Source: the human T2T-CHM13v2.0 reference genome, Homo sapiens. From it: a stretch of DNA of 64,000 nucleotides. The notes under the pieces are model-generated. The model was given only the letters and a program-made list of their open reading frames with translations, was not told where the DNA came from and made no database searches. How positions within the stretch are numbered: position 1 is the stretch's first letter; each line of letters starts with the position of its first letter. Shown in pieces: positions 28,813 to 42,941 of the stretch. The position numbers and the translations under genes were made by a program. The stretch is taken from assembly GCF_009914755.1 (NCBI RefSeq), contig NC_060926.1, one strand, 5' to 3'.

Positions 28813-30837
28813 ACTCCTCATTTTTTATGCACATACTGTCCAGTTGGGCCTGACCCACTTTTTAGACTCCTTGGTCATTATTTTCCGTCTTTGGCATTCT
28901 GTGCTCCAGCTACTCAGAGGTCTTCCCCAGCATTCAGATTTCATCTTTCGGAGCCTTTTCACATGCTTTGTACTCTGAGGAATCCCTGCCACCTCTTCAC
29001 CTGGAAAGATTCTCCTATATGAGTGTAGATTGAACAACACTTTCCTGAGTTCTCTCTCCTCACGTGTTCCTGCCCCATTTGTGGTTAGTCTTTGCCATTT
29101 CTGTGTTCCCATGACCCTTAGATGCAGTGAGGGATAGAGAGAAAGGGCTGTATCTTCCTCCAGTAAACTGGGGAACTCTTCAGGAGTAAATATGTGTCTG
29201 ATTCTTCCCTTTCTTTACTGAAGCAGCATATATTTGGCTGTCAGTAAATGCTGAGTGAACAAATGACGGAGTGTATGAATAAACAAAGTCCTCAGAAGCC
29301 AAGCAGAGTTTTCCTCTTTTAATGTTTCTTCACCATATTTCTCTGATTATGTTGCATATCATAATTTATGTCCATCAAAGGTTTAGGCCATACGTACATC
29401 CTTTTTGAAGGCTATCGTTCAAGGGCAGGAAAACAACTAATGTTCCTTTGACCTCAGGAAGTTGCTGTGAAACAGGACAGAAAATGTACCCCCTAATCAA
29501 AAATAAAAGTTAAAAAAAAAAAAAGAACAAGCCAATAGACTTGCTTGTCTCCACAAAATGCTCCCTGAACTCGTTAAGAATCTGGATGGAACTCATTAAG
29601 AATCTTGTCTGAGAGATGTGCTTCGGGTGCAGTCATTTTCTGTGTTAATGTTTTGCAAACAAATAGGTCTCCCAAATGGGAAACTGACCAGAGGCAATAA
29701 TGTAGATCTTCATATAACAAAATTTAATTTTGACATTTTTGTACTTACCTTTATTTCTAACCCTGAGATACCCAATCCATGAATTAGCACCTTTCCTCTT
29801 GATCCTGGATTCTGAAAATAAAGAATCTTCGTATTTTGGAGATTCTTAGTATTGAATATCTAAAATAAAAATTCAGAAGAATTAATAGCAGTATTTTAAA
29901 AGGACATGGTAATATTCAAACATACCATCTCATGTGATTCTTATAACAGGCTTATGAAATGAACTGGGCAAAAATTTAGGTTCTTGTTTTATAGATGAGG
30001 AAGCTAAAGCTCACAAATGACTTGCTCAAAGTCAGAGAGCTAGGAAATTGGCAATGATAAGACGTGAACCATTTATGATGATATGAGTAAACTCATCTCT
30101 CAATTACACGTATTTAGATGTGCATATGTAGTATAGCACAATAGTTTTGGCTACCTTTGCCAGTCTCTGAACTACCCAAGCAAACAATTTGTCCTGGAAC
30201 TAACTCCCTAGTTACTCAAGTTGTCTCTTTGGGTCATTTTCATGCTCATGAGCATGTAGAAGAGAAAATGGGACTGAGAAAGGAAAACAATGAAGATTGA
30301 CCATTTGTTTGATTAAAGTTTTGATGCAAAATGCCAACTGATATTACTTAGAAGGAGAAACAGATTGTGAAATTACAAGGGTGGTTTTGTTTTTTGTTTT
30401 GTTTTTTTTTGTGTGTTTTTTTTGTTTGTTTGTTTGTTTTGTTTTTTAACTAGGACTATCCCCTTTCTCCATTCTCAGAGAGATTCTAGGGCAGACGATG
30501 GTAAAGAATATAGCGATTTCATTTATTTGACTACCTGGATTCTCTTTAGAAAAAGTGATCCAACATGTTAAGAACTCAGTTATTAATAAAAGCAGTGGAC
30601 AATTTGAAAGACAGTAAATTGGGTGTTTCCTGGTAATTCTGCTCTTGTTAGAATAATGAAATTTGAAGGTTTAAAACATAGCTTGTTTTGAAGTGATGCA
30701 TGAGTTCCCAAAAACCTTGTTTAACATATTGCTGGAATAATGCATATGAGATGGTTAAAAATGGAAGTAGAAAAAAAATCCCCAACACCCTTAGAGGAAT
30801 TTGCAATTCATAAAGTTACTGCCAATTTTGCATTATA

Positions 30838-30851
30838 GTTGTTATGGTAAC
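30838..30851. promoter_or_regulatory. RFX X-box motif
   Basis: GTTGTTATGGTAAC fits GTHNYY-AT-RRNAAC. Confidence 0.5.
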
Positions 30852-31719
30852 CATGCTAGGCTTCTGCTCAAATGTTTCTCAGAAGGGGAAGGAATAGTAT
30901 ATAATAAGCTCTTCAAGTGTAATTTTTTTATTGTAGTTGAATTAGTGTGTAATTCTTATGTGAGCATTTTAGTAATCCATAAACATGCACTCTAGTTATG
31001 ATTCTGATTTTTTACCTCAGTATGTTTAAGCAATGTGTGAAAAGTTGCTGTCTACTATCAGTGCTTGGCAATTAATTTTAAAAATAATAACAAAAAGCAT
31101 TAGCAACAGTAATTAATTATAAAAGCAAAAACAAAAGTGCATTTCCAACCTGACTCTAGTAAATTTCCCAGACCAAAGCATTGGCTTGCTTATTGATTCA
31201 AAGTGCTTTCAGCCAAGCTTTTAGCTTACATTCACGAGTCACCCCTTGGCCCTTCTATGTTTTTCCTCAGAAGAATCCTATATATTGAATAAGTGAAGTA
31301 TCAAACAGAGCCAGTTGGACCAATTAGTCTAAAATAAAACTTTCATTTGGCCATTTAGATAGGGAGCTATTTTTAAATGGTAATTGGATTTTTCTTTTTT
31401 TCCTTCAGCTTCTAGGGAGTGAGTCTAACAGCTGAGGTGGAGCAGCACATATCTGGACATGGAGTAAAGGTTGTTCAGGGTTTGAAGCCTCATGGGTTAG
31501 TTTTGAATGCAGAAGAAGAGAAATGGGCTTTGGAGTCCAACAAGCCTGGACTTACACTCTAGCTTTGCATTTTACTAACTGAGGTCTTGGGCAAGTCATT
31601 TACCATCTGGGGCTTCAGTGTCTTCATTTGTATAAACCGGATGCTTATGCCTTTCTTGCAGTGTTTGTAAGAATTAGAACTAATTGGACATGAACCGCGT
31701 AGCTCAAAATTTGGCACAG

Positions 31720-32867
31720 TGTATTAGTTTCCTATTGTTGTTGTAACAAATTTAGTGGCTTACAACAACACATAGTAATTGTCTCATAGTGCTGGAGGTC
31801 AGAAGTCAAAAATGGGTCTAACTGGGCTAAAATTAAGGTGTGGGCAGGGCTGTCTTCCTTTCTGGTGTCTCTAAGATAATCAGGTTTTTTGCCTTTTTTA
31901 GCTGCTAGAGGCTGCCTGCATTCCTTGGCTTATGGCCCCTTCCACTGTCTTCAAGGTTGGCAGCGGCCAGTGGAGTGAGTGTCTTTCATATCCCTTCACT
32001 CTGCTACTGACTTTCTGCCTCCCTCTTCCACTTTTAAGGATCCTTGTGGGTTACATTGTGCCCACTCTGATAATTGAAGATAATCTCCCTATTTTAAAGT
32101 CAGTTTAGCAGCCTTCATTCCACCTGTAATCGTATGGGTCTTTTGCCTCTCCATATAAACTTTAAAATTTAGTTTGTTACTAGCTACAAAATAACTTGAT
32201 GGGATTTTTATTAGGATTATGCTGAATCTATAGATCAATTCGGAAAGGATTGACATCTTGTTAATATTGAGTCTTCCTATCCATGAATACAGAATATCTG
32301 TCCATTTATTTAGTTCTTCTTTGATATCTTTATCAAAGCTTTATAGTTTTCCTCATATAGATCTTATACACTTTTTTTGGATTGATGCCTAAGTATTTGA
32401 TTTTGGGGGTTCTAATGTAAATGATAAAATGTTTTTAATGTCAGATTCCATTATTCATTGCTGGTGTATAAGAAAGTGACTGGCTTTTATTAACCTTGTG
32501 TCCTGCAACCTTGCTATAATAGTTTATTAGTACCAGGATTTTTTATGTTGATTCTTGCAGATTTTCTACATAGACAATCATGTCATCTGCCAATGAAAAT
32601 GGTTTTATTTCTTCCTTCCCAATTGGCATATTTCCTTTTCTTGTCTTAGTGCATTACTTAGGACAAATGTACAAAGTTGAAAAGCAGTGGTGACAGGGTA
32701 CATCTTTGCCTTGTGCCTTATCTTAGCAGGAAGGCTTCCAGTTGATTAGCAACCAAATTCCATCTGCGACCTCAGTTCCTCTTGCCATGTAATGTAACAT
32801 ATTTATAGTTCCTGAGAATTAGGATATCTTTAGGGTGAAGGAGGATGTCATTATTCTGCCTACCATT
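31720..32867 (-). mobile_element. MLT1-type MaLR LTR split by an antisense old L1 fragment (~32135-32740)
   Basis: tgtattagtttcctattg...ggcagggctg.. and ..ttattctgcctacca ends; flanking cacag repeat; L1 ORF2 antisense sequence inside. Confidence 0.75.
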
Positions 32868-33236
32868 CACAGTAAGCACAAATAATTGGTAACTATGGAA
32901 TTTTCTATCATTATCATTACTATTATTATGTATAGTATTAGTAAAAGTAGTCCTTACTCTACCAAAAAGGGTGCTCGAAACAGGATTTGAGACAACAGAA
33001 AAAGCTCTCAAAATCCACAGCCACCTTAATCAAATGTTGGCCTGCCTGGAGTTTTTTGCTGCATCTCTGTTGTCTGACAATCAAACTCTAACAGATTTGG
33101 GTGGCTCCCTAGTTGGACCCCATACCTGGAGAGCCACCACTGGGATGAAGTTTCACTTCAAGTGTCTTGTCTTAATGTGTTTTTAATTATGAGAGGCTTT
33201 ATTTCATTCGTGTTAACTTTTAAAAATTATTTTCTC

Positions 33237-33506
<270 letters not shown>

Positions 33507-35299
33507 TTATTTTCTCAAAATGCACTAATTCCTAAAGCCCAGGAATTCCCCTTCAGGCGGAAAGCCTTAAAGGAGTCGAATGAATAAACCTAGAGATGGC
33601 AGTGGGAGCTCCTGATAATGTGCATCCAGGAATGGTATCTTGACACTGGAGAGTAATGCCAGTGCCTGTCAGACCCCATAAGAAAATAAGACGACCAGAG
33701 ACATGCCTGCTCTTCTTTCCACAGCAAACAGAATGAGAGAGAATAATCCGCACATGACTGTCGGTTAGTAAGAAGGAAAACATTCTGGCCAGTGTTCCAC
33801 CTCGGAACACGGTGACCAGAGGAGATCATGGAGCTACATCTCTGGAGGTCTCATCTGCTTGGGATGGTTTAGGTGTGGTTCTAGATAATGTTAGGCAGAT
33901 GGCTGAGGTCCACCCAATTCCTTCCTTCCCTTATGAGTCAGTGAATTTCCTATCTCTATCTTTAAATTCTCCTTGGACTCAGTAGAACTGTCTCCTAGGT
34001 CGGGTGTACATTATTGCTTCCACAGTTCTCTCCAGGGCAATCGAGCAACTGAAAACATCTGTTTTTCACTGTCTAAAATGGATTTATCCCGTATGAGTTA
34101 CAGGTTCTCTGACTTCACTCAGTATATTCTAGTTTGGGGGAACAGTGTCTTAATGTCACCACCACACTCTCTAATTAGTACATAAGAAGGCTTTATTTCT
34201 ACTTGTCCTCTTCTTTCTCATCTATGTGTTTATTCAAATTGCTTTTTCCCCCATGAATCTTTTAAAATCTCTGTTCTTATAATTTGCTATGCCTTCAATT
34301 ATTATCATTTTTCTTGGCTAGTTATTTCTCCCTCCTTTGATTTAGTCAATATATTTTATCAAAATAATTTAATGGTGATTCTTTTATAAGAGCAAACAAC
34401 CACCTCTCTAAGTTCATATTTTTTTTTTGCAATCTGATTTGCTTAAGGAGAATGTGCTTGAATTCCTAGTCTTAAGCAATAGGAAAGAACAGCTAATACA
34501 AGCTAAAGAACCCAGGTGATTGTCTCTTTTCTCAAGAAATCTACTCATAATGAGTAAATATAAGAAATCCTATTTGCATTATCCCTACAGTTTTCATCCT
34601 TAGGTCCTTTACATTTCTGTGCTGCTAATGTATATATTTCCTACTGCTGGGAGAAGGGAGGAATGTGAAAGAAGGAATTTATGTTTTTGTTGACTTCCCT
34701 TTTACCCAAATTGACCCTCTTTGGAAATATAAGCTATCGTTTCTGTTGCATAAAAGGAGTAAATGTTGCTATTTACTGTTAGTAAAATAAATGGAAAAGA
34801 GCAAGGATATATCAACTGTGAAGTTGTTCCTTTTACTTGAGAACAGGGATAGAATCTTGGACTCTTGAGTGTGTAAATTCAATAAATGCAATAGCAGTTA
34901 AATAAATAAGTTGATATTTAAGTATGTAAAATGATTGTTTTAAATTCTATCCAATAATTTCAGAGACTTTGCTTTGAATAGCATCTCTCTCTCCTTTTTT
35001 TTTTTCCAGGTTTTTGCACAATTCAGGTTTTTTTTCCAGTCTTTTTGAAATACAACCTGAATTTACTGAAGTTTTATTTCCTAGTCTTAATACACTTGAG
35101 CATCTCCAAATCTTAAGTCAGTTTCCAGATGTAAGCTGGCAGATACCAGAGGAATAGACTTGAGTCAGTCATCATTATGGCTGAACTGCTAAGACAGTGA
35201 GGGTTTCAGTGAGGTGAAGTTGCTAGCTCTGGTGTTAGACTGACCCAGCTTCTCTCCATGGCTCTGCCATTTACAAGCTATGTGGACAAACCTCTTAAC

Positions 35300-35430
35300 C
35301 AGGGTGAGCATAATAATCACCCAAACCAGGATACTTTTGAGAGTGAATAGTGGTGTCATTAATAATTATGCCAGGATAACATGTATAAATCAGGACTCTC
35401 TTGGCCAAACCAGAATGCATGGTCACCCAA
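35300..35430 (-). mobile_element. MER94-like hAT-Blackjack MITE inside a MIR
   Basis: TIRs cagggtgagcat / atggtcacccaa; internal acttttgagagtgaa..taataattatgccaggat. Confidence 0.7.
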
Positions 35431-36547
35431 CTCTTAGTAGAATAAGCTCTTTCCTCTGTAAAATGTGTAGGAAAAAATGTAAACATTTGAAAAATACCAT
35501 CTTATACGGTGGTTTGTGGGTTAAATGAGATAATAAATAAAGAGTCCTTAGTATACAACCTGGCATATACTAAGTCAATAAATGTTAGTTATTATTGTGA
35601 ATACATATCTGACTTTTCATGTCCTTCAGAGCAATCTAAAATGTGAAATAGTATTGATAATTGATAGCTACCATTTGCTTATCATATATAACTCACAAAG
35701 CTCTTGGTTTTATTTCTTGAAACATGTGTTCCATTTTTCCCTGTTTCCCTCAAGTACAATTAGTCAAATCTTGCCATCCTAGCCCTTCCACCTGAATAAA
35801 CTAATTTTTTATTAAATCTATTATACCAGAATGCTACTTACTGCCCTTGGGTTTAGAGAAAGGGAGTATAGAGGAGGCTATCACAGTTCTGAATTTAAGT
35901 TTATAATTTTCTATTGCAGTCTAATCACCAATAGAGAATTTTCTTCTCCAGTTTTAGTTCCTGTGCAGATATCTGCCTGAAAGCTTCAGAAAATGTTGCA
36001 TGGCCTTTTCAGAGGCTACCTATGATTCTGGAGGCTGTTAGTGTTGCTGCTCTTGCAATAAGAGCTTGTCTTTGAGAACAAAAATACTTCTCTGATGCCG
36101 TTTTTGTTTAGTAAAGAAAACAAGAATTGCAGATATTAGAATGTCCTTAATACCACTGTGATGAAAAACTCAGCTTAATTGTGCAGGTAGGTTTGTGATA
36201 GGTAAAGAAGGTGGACACCTTGGAAAAACCTCATATTCCTCTTAGAAGGATTCTTGAAAACCCAACCCATACTGCTTGATGGGCCCAGTAATTTCGTGCT
36301 TGTTTCTGTTTTTGTAAGATCTTATGGATATCTGTGGACAAATGTTTTCCTGCTAGCATCATCAAGATACTAGTTGAGTTATTGATGACTTGTCTCTTTG
36401 AAGAGCTCTGTAAACTAGCTTCATTCATTCATCCAGACATCTATACATCCATTAATCTGTATATCTGTTCAACAAATATTTATTAAGCCTGCTAGTATGG
36501 ACTAGGAGCAAAAGATTTTAAGCAAGTAATTTCAATCTTTGCCCTTA

Positions 36548-37067
36548 TGATAGATTTGCAAAAATGTCTCCAATTATTTGCCTCTTCATCTTTGCTTCAT
36601 AACTTTATAGCGCTCTTCCATTTCTGACTCTGGTCTCAACCATAAGACTTGCTTTGGCCAATGACTTGTCAAAAAGCAAGTCATTGGTCAAGCAAAGGCT
36701 TTAAAGTATTTGCAAAATCAGGCTTGTTATCACTCTTACCTTCTTCATCAACATAAGACTATCTGTGCTAGTCTGTTGGGTGATTAGAGACACTTGGAAA
36801 AGAGATGAATTAGCACAGTCATTCCAGCCAAGAGTATCCTATATTGGCTGATAATCAGCTGACCTCTATACATCAATACATCTTCCTAAACATGTGATAT
36901 TATCCAACCGAGGCCAGAAGATTCATCCATTCAACCCAGCCAAGATCAGCAGAGCTGCCTAATCAACCATCCCAGAGGCATGGGTAAGGACTATTTATCA
37001 TTGTATGCCTTTGAAGTGTTGTGGTTGGTTGATAGTCAGCATTATTGTGGGAACAGTTAATGATACA
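36548..37067 (+). mobile_element. Old MLT1-type LTR
   Basis: gacttgctttggccaatg..., cagcattattgtgggaacagttaatgataca end. Confidence 0.6.
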
Positions 37068-39259
37068 GCTTCAGACTCTTGTTCTCATCTTTTCTCCTTG
37101 ACAGTTACACTCCCATTTTTCCTAAGACATGTTGTGCATCTGCCAACTTGATGCTCTCACACATCCCACAATGATTTCTTTGGAAGAATGCAATGGCTGT
37201 TTTGAGGTATTTATCTCTGGCGAGTTCATGTTTCTGAAAGACTTGGATCAAAACTGCAAAAACCTTGAGTGTCTGTGAAATGAAAGAGACGATTCATTCA
37301 CTTGTTTATCATTTATTGGGTGTTTGGGTACTGGCTCTGTATCAGAAACAATGCTGAGCCTTAGGGATGGCAGGGGCAAATGTAAATAAGTTTGTTTATG
37401 CAGATCTTGCATTCTACTGGAGGATGCTTCAAATAGGGAAACAAACCAAAAAAGCACAATATGAAAAGAACAAATACAGAGAAATCAGCACAGTTTTGCT
37501 TATTTTCCAGCCTAGAGAGAGATAACTTTTGATGGAAACATTTGAATTAAAGAAATGCTAAAATATTGTTAAATCATTATTCATTCAATAAGTACATGTT
37601 GAACACCTAGTATGGACAAAACAATGAACTAGATACTTGAAGGTTATACAAAAATAAGTTCTTAACAGGTTTATAGTCTAGAAAGGGTGACCAACATACA
37701 AAATTAATATAAAGCAGAAGGAATGAAGTGCTAAAACAGAGGTTTAAAGTATAATGTAAGCTGAGAGCAAAGAATGACTAATTCTCATTTGGAAAATCAT
37801 GGAATGCTGTAAGAACACAATGGAATTTAAGCTGGATTTGGAAAAGATTTGGAAAGAGAAAACTGAGAGGTGCTGCAGAGGAAGAGCACCTAGAAATAAT
37901 GAGAGCCTTGAGTCCCATGTTCAGTCCTTAGCAGTGCAACTCACTGGTGTGACTCTGGCCAGTTTTAATGTTCTCACCTCAAAAATGAGTAGAGTGATGC
38001 TAAATGATCTATATAGACCCTTCCAGCTTTAATACCCTGAGTCACCTAATTCAGTTGCCCATCATATGCTTAAGCACAATAAAGTGGCCAATAATTTCCA
38101 CTAAGGACAGGCCAGCGTGGGCTCAGTTCATGGGTGTCACTCTGGAAATGCTATTCTTGGAGTGACAGAATCATTAGTTCTTGTTAGGAGTCAGGAGAGT
38201 GGGCTATGTAGGGAGGTTCTATGACAGAGTAAAGAGAATGTCACACAGACCTGGCTTTGATGCCGATGCTGTCACCAGCAATGTTCTTCGACCTAAGTTA
38301 CTTAACCTCTTGCCTCAGTGTTCTCATCTACAAAGTGGGGATGATAATCCTGCTATATAAGGTGAGGAGCAAATAAGGTGGGACATGCAACGTTACCCAT
38401 TAATAATAGTTCACTGTGGATAACACATGAGTGAATAAGCGAGGTATTTGTATGAGGATGTCCCTCTCTATACACAAGAGATGTGTTCCTGAAAGATCAC
38501 ACGTGATTTGAATTGTCTAATACCTCTTTCATATTCGAAATGTGTTGTTTTAAAAGTCTTTTCTGTGACTCTTCTTTCTTAACAATTTATTGTTTATTAG
38601 ATTACATAAAGTTTGAATTTATAAAACAGGGTAATTATTTTCTTAAACAATGAATTATGAAACTAGACTGACCATGGAATGAACTGGTAGTTTTCTATGC
38701 AGTATTCACTTTCCCCTTCTTTCTTAGAAAGATGTTATTTGAGGTGCCAGAGTGCTCAGCTAAAAGACTACATTCCACAATATTTCTTGCATGTATGGGT
38801 GGCCAATGTGATGTAAACTGAAGGCAGTAAGTAAGGCATCAAGAAGAATCCCCTTACTCTATCCCTTTTTCTCATCTAGAATGAAGGTGAGACATTTGCA
38901 GCTTTGAGAATGGAAGTCACACGCTAAAGATGATGGAGCTGCAGCCCCCGATGACTTTGTGTGCTGCAGCACCAGCCCTGAACTGCCCATCTTTGGACTT
39001 TCCTTTCTGTGAGAGAGCAATAAGCTTCTCTTTTGTCTAAGCCTCTATTAGTTCTGTTCTCTGATACTAGCAGCTTATTGCAGTTTCTAACTGATGCCCC
39101 TAGCAATATTAGTGAGATCATCAAGTTCAATGGGCTGGCATTGTGTGTATCAGAATTGAAAATCAGTGTAATAACCATGCCTGAGCACAACCCCCTGGGA
39201 ATCTTTTGAACAAAATCCCACAAGATTAACTAGATAATATTAGGAATGCTGTTATCGAT

Positions 39260-39665
39260 AAAGTTTATTGAGCGTTCACTTAGATGCCTGGGAACAATGC
39301 AGGAAGGGGACCTAGTCTAGTCTTGAAAAACCACAGACGTCTTCATTAGGAAGGTGACGTGAATGCTGAAAACTGAAGCAAAGCAGCTAAAGGAAAGGTG
39401 GAAGGGAGTGGAGAGGGTGGGGGAAGGGTGTTATGGGCAAAAGAAAGAGTGTTTGCGAAGGCAGAGGCAAAGTGAACTTGTTCTATTTGAGGGAACTGTA
39501 AGTGCTTTATAAATAAACAGAACATCGTGTCAGAGGTCAGGACGGGGAGTAGATGGAAGTACTACTTCAGGCCAGAAAACTAGGCAGGGGAGCAGATCAT
39601 GCAGACTTTTAAAACCACACTTACACGTTCCAGTCTTTCCCAAAAGGAATGAGCTTCCATTTTCA

Positions 39666-39707
<42 letters not shown>

Positions 39708-40158
39708 TTATACTTTAAGTTCTAGGGTACATGTGCACAACGTGCAGGTTTGTTACATATGTATACATGTGCCATGTTGGTGTGCTGCACCCATTAACTC
39801 ATCATTTACATTAGGTGTATCTCCTAATGCTATCCCTCCCCCCTCCCCCCACCCCACAACAGGCCCCGGTGTGTGATATTCCCCATCCTGTGTCCATTTT
39901 CAAAAGATCACTGGAATGGCAAGGCAGAGAAAAAACGGGGTGGATGGGAGTTTGTTGTTTCAGTGAACCAGGTGCAAGATAATGGTGACTACTGTAGCAT
40001 GCGATATTGGAAATATAAGAGGTAGACAAATTCAGAAGATAATACAAGTTGGAACGAATACGACTTGATAATTGATTGGCTTAGTGGTGAGGAAGATGCC
40101 CAGATTCTTGGCTTAGGCCAGAAGACAGGAGAGGGAGTGGCATTAATACTTGAATATG
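39260..40158. mobile_element. L2 fragment
   Basis: tttattgagc..., ggaaggtgac..gctga.., gagggaactgta.., caaaagatcact.. motifs typical of degraded L2. Confidence 0.6.
39665..39892 (-). mobile_element. 5'-truncated L1PA 3' end with (TA)n/poly(T) tail
   Basis: ttatactttaagttctagggtacatgtgcacaacgtgcagg...; TSD tccattttc at 39656-39664 and 39893-39901. Confidence 0.92.
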
Positions 40159-42193
40159 TATCAATGCACATTTGAAAATCTCATAGATTGTATATTTGGT
40201 GTTTCTTATAAGTATCCTAAATGTCTGTTTCCTGTTTAAAAATTAGCTTGATAGCAATTGGCTTAGTGAAAATCCAGTTTCATTGGTAAGAAGGGCAAGC
40301 CCTCTGGCTGTTCTCTGACTGGTTGGTATCTATTTCCTGCAGTATAATAAAGGGTACCCCTTGCCACAGGAAGCTATTACCAGATCTTATTTATTTCCTG
40401 ATTAAAAAGGAGTAAATCATAGCTGGACATCTGTGGAAAATGAGTTTTTAGTACAGCTAAGGTAGTTAATGTCTAAATGGGAGTTTCTCCTGTGATGATA
40501 AATGTCTACTCTGTTGAAATAGTTTCCATAAAACTCAGTTGGTACGAGGGTAGAGATATTGTGCAACTGTCAATGAGGCATTAAAGGGATGCTTGTTTAT
40601 TGGGTTTACAATCAACAACAAATCCTAACTCTTATAAAAAATGAAAATGTTTTGGTGTACCAGTTTAGCAATATAGGAGCTTCTTTTTCAGAAGAAAACT
40701 ATATTCTAATATGAATTTAGTTTAACATTCAGTGGATAATAGAAAAAATGTGGAAGACGTCACTAGGAAAAATAGCGAACAATTCCCATGTGTGGGAGCA
40801 CAGTGATAATAGTTCTTAGAACAAATGGTAGCGTATTGCTGTCAAGTTAGTGTACACAAGGGGTGGGCTTTTAAAAGTCATTGTTCTGTATAAGCTTTGC
40901 CTGTAAAATCCCTCACTGCTAGATTGTTGTCTGTATTGATGGACTGATGGAATGTAGCTGCAAGAGGTGAAGTGTACCTTTACCTTCAATTCCTGCTTCT
41001 TTTTCTCCCTTAAATACCTTGATGAAAAATGCTGAACTGCTTCAATGACATTGGATGTAATTAGAAACAACAAATCCATTGTGCTCTGTGTATGTCACGC
41101 TACTGCCGTCCTTGTCGCAGTTGCTTTCCGTAGACTCTGGTTGGGTAGAGAGGGTAAATAGGAAAGCAAGGAAGATGTGACCATTTCCAGAGGGTTGATG
41201 ATTTTCTCTAGGTTATGAAGATCACTGGGTTCCACTAGGATATGTGGTTATCTTCAGCTGGTTGTGGTAGAAACCAGCAGGGCTTCCTCTTTTGGAGACA
41301 GTTATCTAGAACCAGTTTCTATTAGTCAAGATCAGACTAGGCTGCTTTAACAAAGACCCAAACATACCGTGGCACACATAAGCTAGACATTTACTTTTCT
41401 TTCACATAACAGTCCAGAGGTGGGGATAAGCAGAGGTCCAGGGTGGGAAGAGGATTCTGCTCCACTGGCCACCTTGGGTTTTGAGTTTCTTTGAACTTGT
41501 TGCTTTCCCTTCCCAGACTATTGTCCTCAGCTGCAGGGTCAAAGTCAAGTCATAAGCATCATATCCTTTTTCCAACACAAGAGAAGAGGGAAAGAGAAAA
41601 TTAAGGGCAACCAGCTTTCTTTTAATGATATAACCCAGAAGCTGCTCGTCCCATTGGCCTACCTGCAAGGGATCCTGGACAATAAAGTCTCTAGCTCAAT
41701 GGCTGTGTCTCCAACTAAAACTGAAAGTTTTCTAGTACTAAAAGAAAGTTAAGGAAAATGATATTGGGAGGCATATAGCAGTCTCTGCTGCACAGTCCTT
41801 TTAATTTGCTTTAGTGACTGCTCTCTTTCTCAAATTTCATTTCTTGGGTGTTTGGGAAGGTGTCCCTGTATCTTATTGATGATGCCCAGATGGTGACTAT
41901 TTATTACTAAGGAAGAAACCATTGGAAACTATATATTTCAAATGTCATGTTTAAACTGACATAGTTTGAATATTTCATACATTTAAGTTATTCATACATG
42001 AATACACTTCACTCTTAATGTAGCAGACTCAACATGGTGGTAATTACATTGTCTATCATGCTTACCTTCCTACTTGCATATTCAAGTATTAATGCCACTC
42101 CTTCTCCTGTCTTCTGGCCTAAGCCAAGAATCTGGGCATCTTCCTCACCACTAAGCCAATCAATTATCAAGTCGTATCGGTTCCAACTTGTAT
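40042..42193. repeat. 117-bp inverted duplication pair (40042-40158 and 42077-42193)
   Basis: The two copies are reverse complements with 3 mismatches. Confidence 0.95.
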
Positions 42194-42632
42194 GATGGGG
42201 ATTTTCTTGTGTTGTTCCACAGCTCTGTCCTTGGAACCTGGCAATTAAGATTTGCTACCAAGAAATAAATAATGATGACACTTGAAATGAAATGGGAGGC
42301 TTTGTATGTTTAACACTGAAGGAAAATATATTGAGTACATTTGTATTTCAAAATATTATAGAAAGTTTTGTTTCTATGAAGTCCAATGCATCTCAGAAGA
42401 TTCTGAGTTTTGTTTTCTTCTGCAATATTAAAATTATCTTTCCTAGGACTACCATGGTGCTTTTGGATGGGTTGGGGCTGGTGAATTGAAGGGGCCTAGT
42501 CTTTGGATGTTTAGGAGACACCTAGGATTTACTATCTGAGAGCCCAAAGGAGACATGTGGGGTCATTCAGGACTCTTCACACTTTGAGCACAGCAGTAAC
42601 AACATAAATATAAATAGTATAAATATAAAGAT

Positions 42633-42941
<309 letters not shown>

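Noticed and set aside
29567-29605. 17-bp direct repeat gaactc(g/a)ttaagaatct
   Set aside because: Ordinary slippage duplication with no further structure
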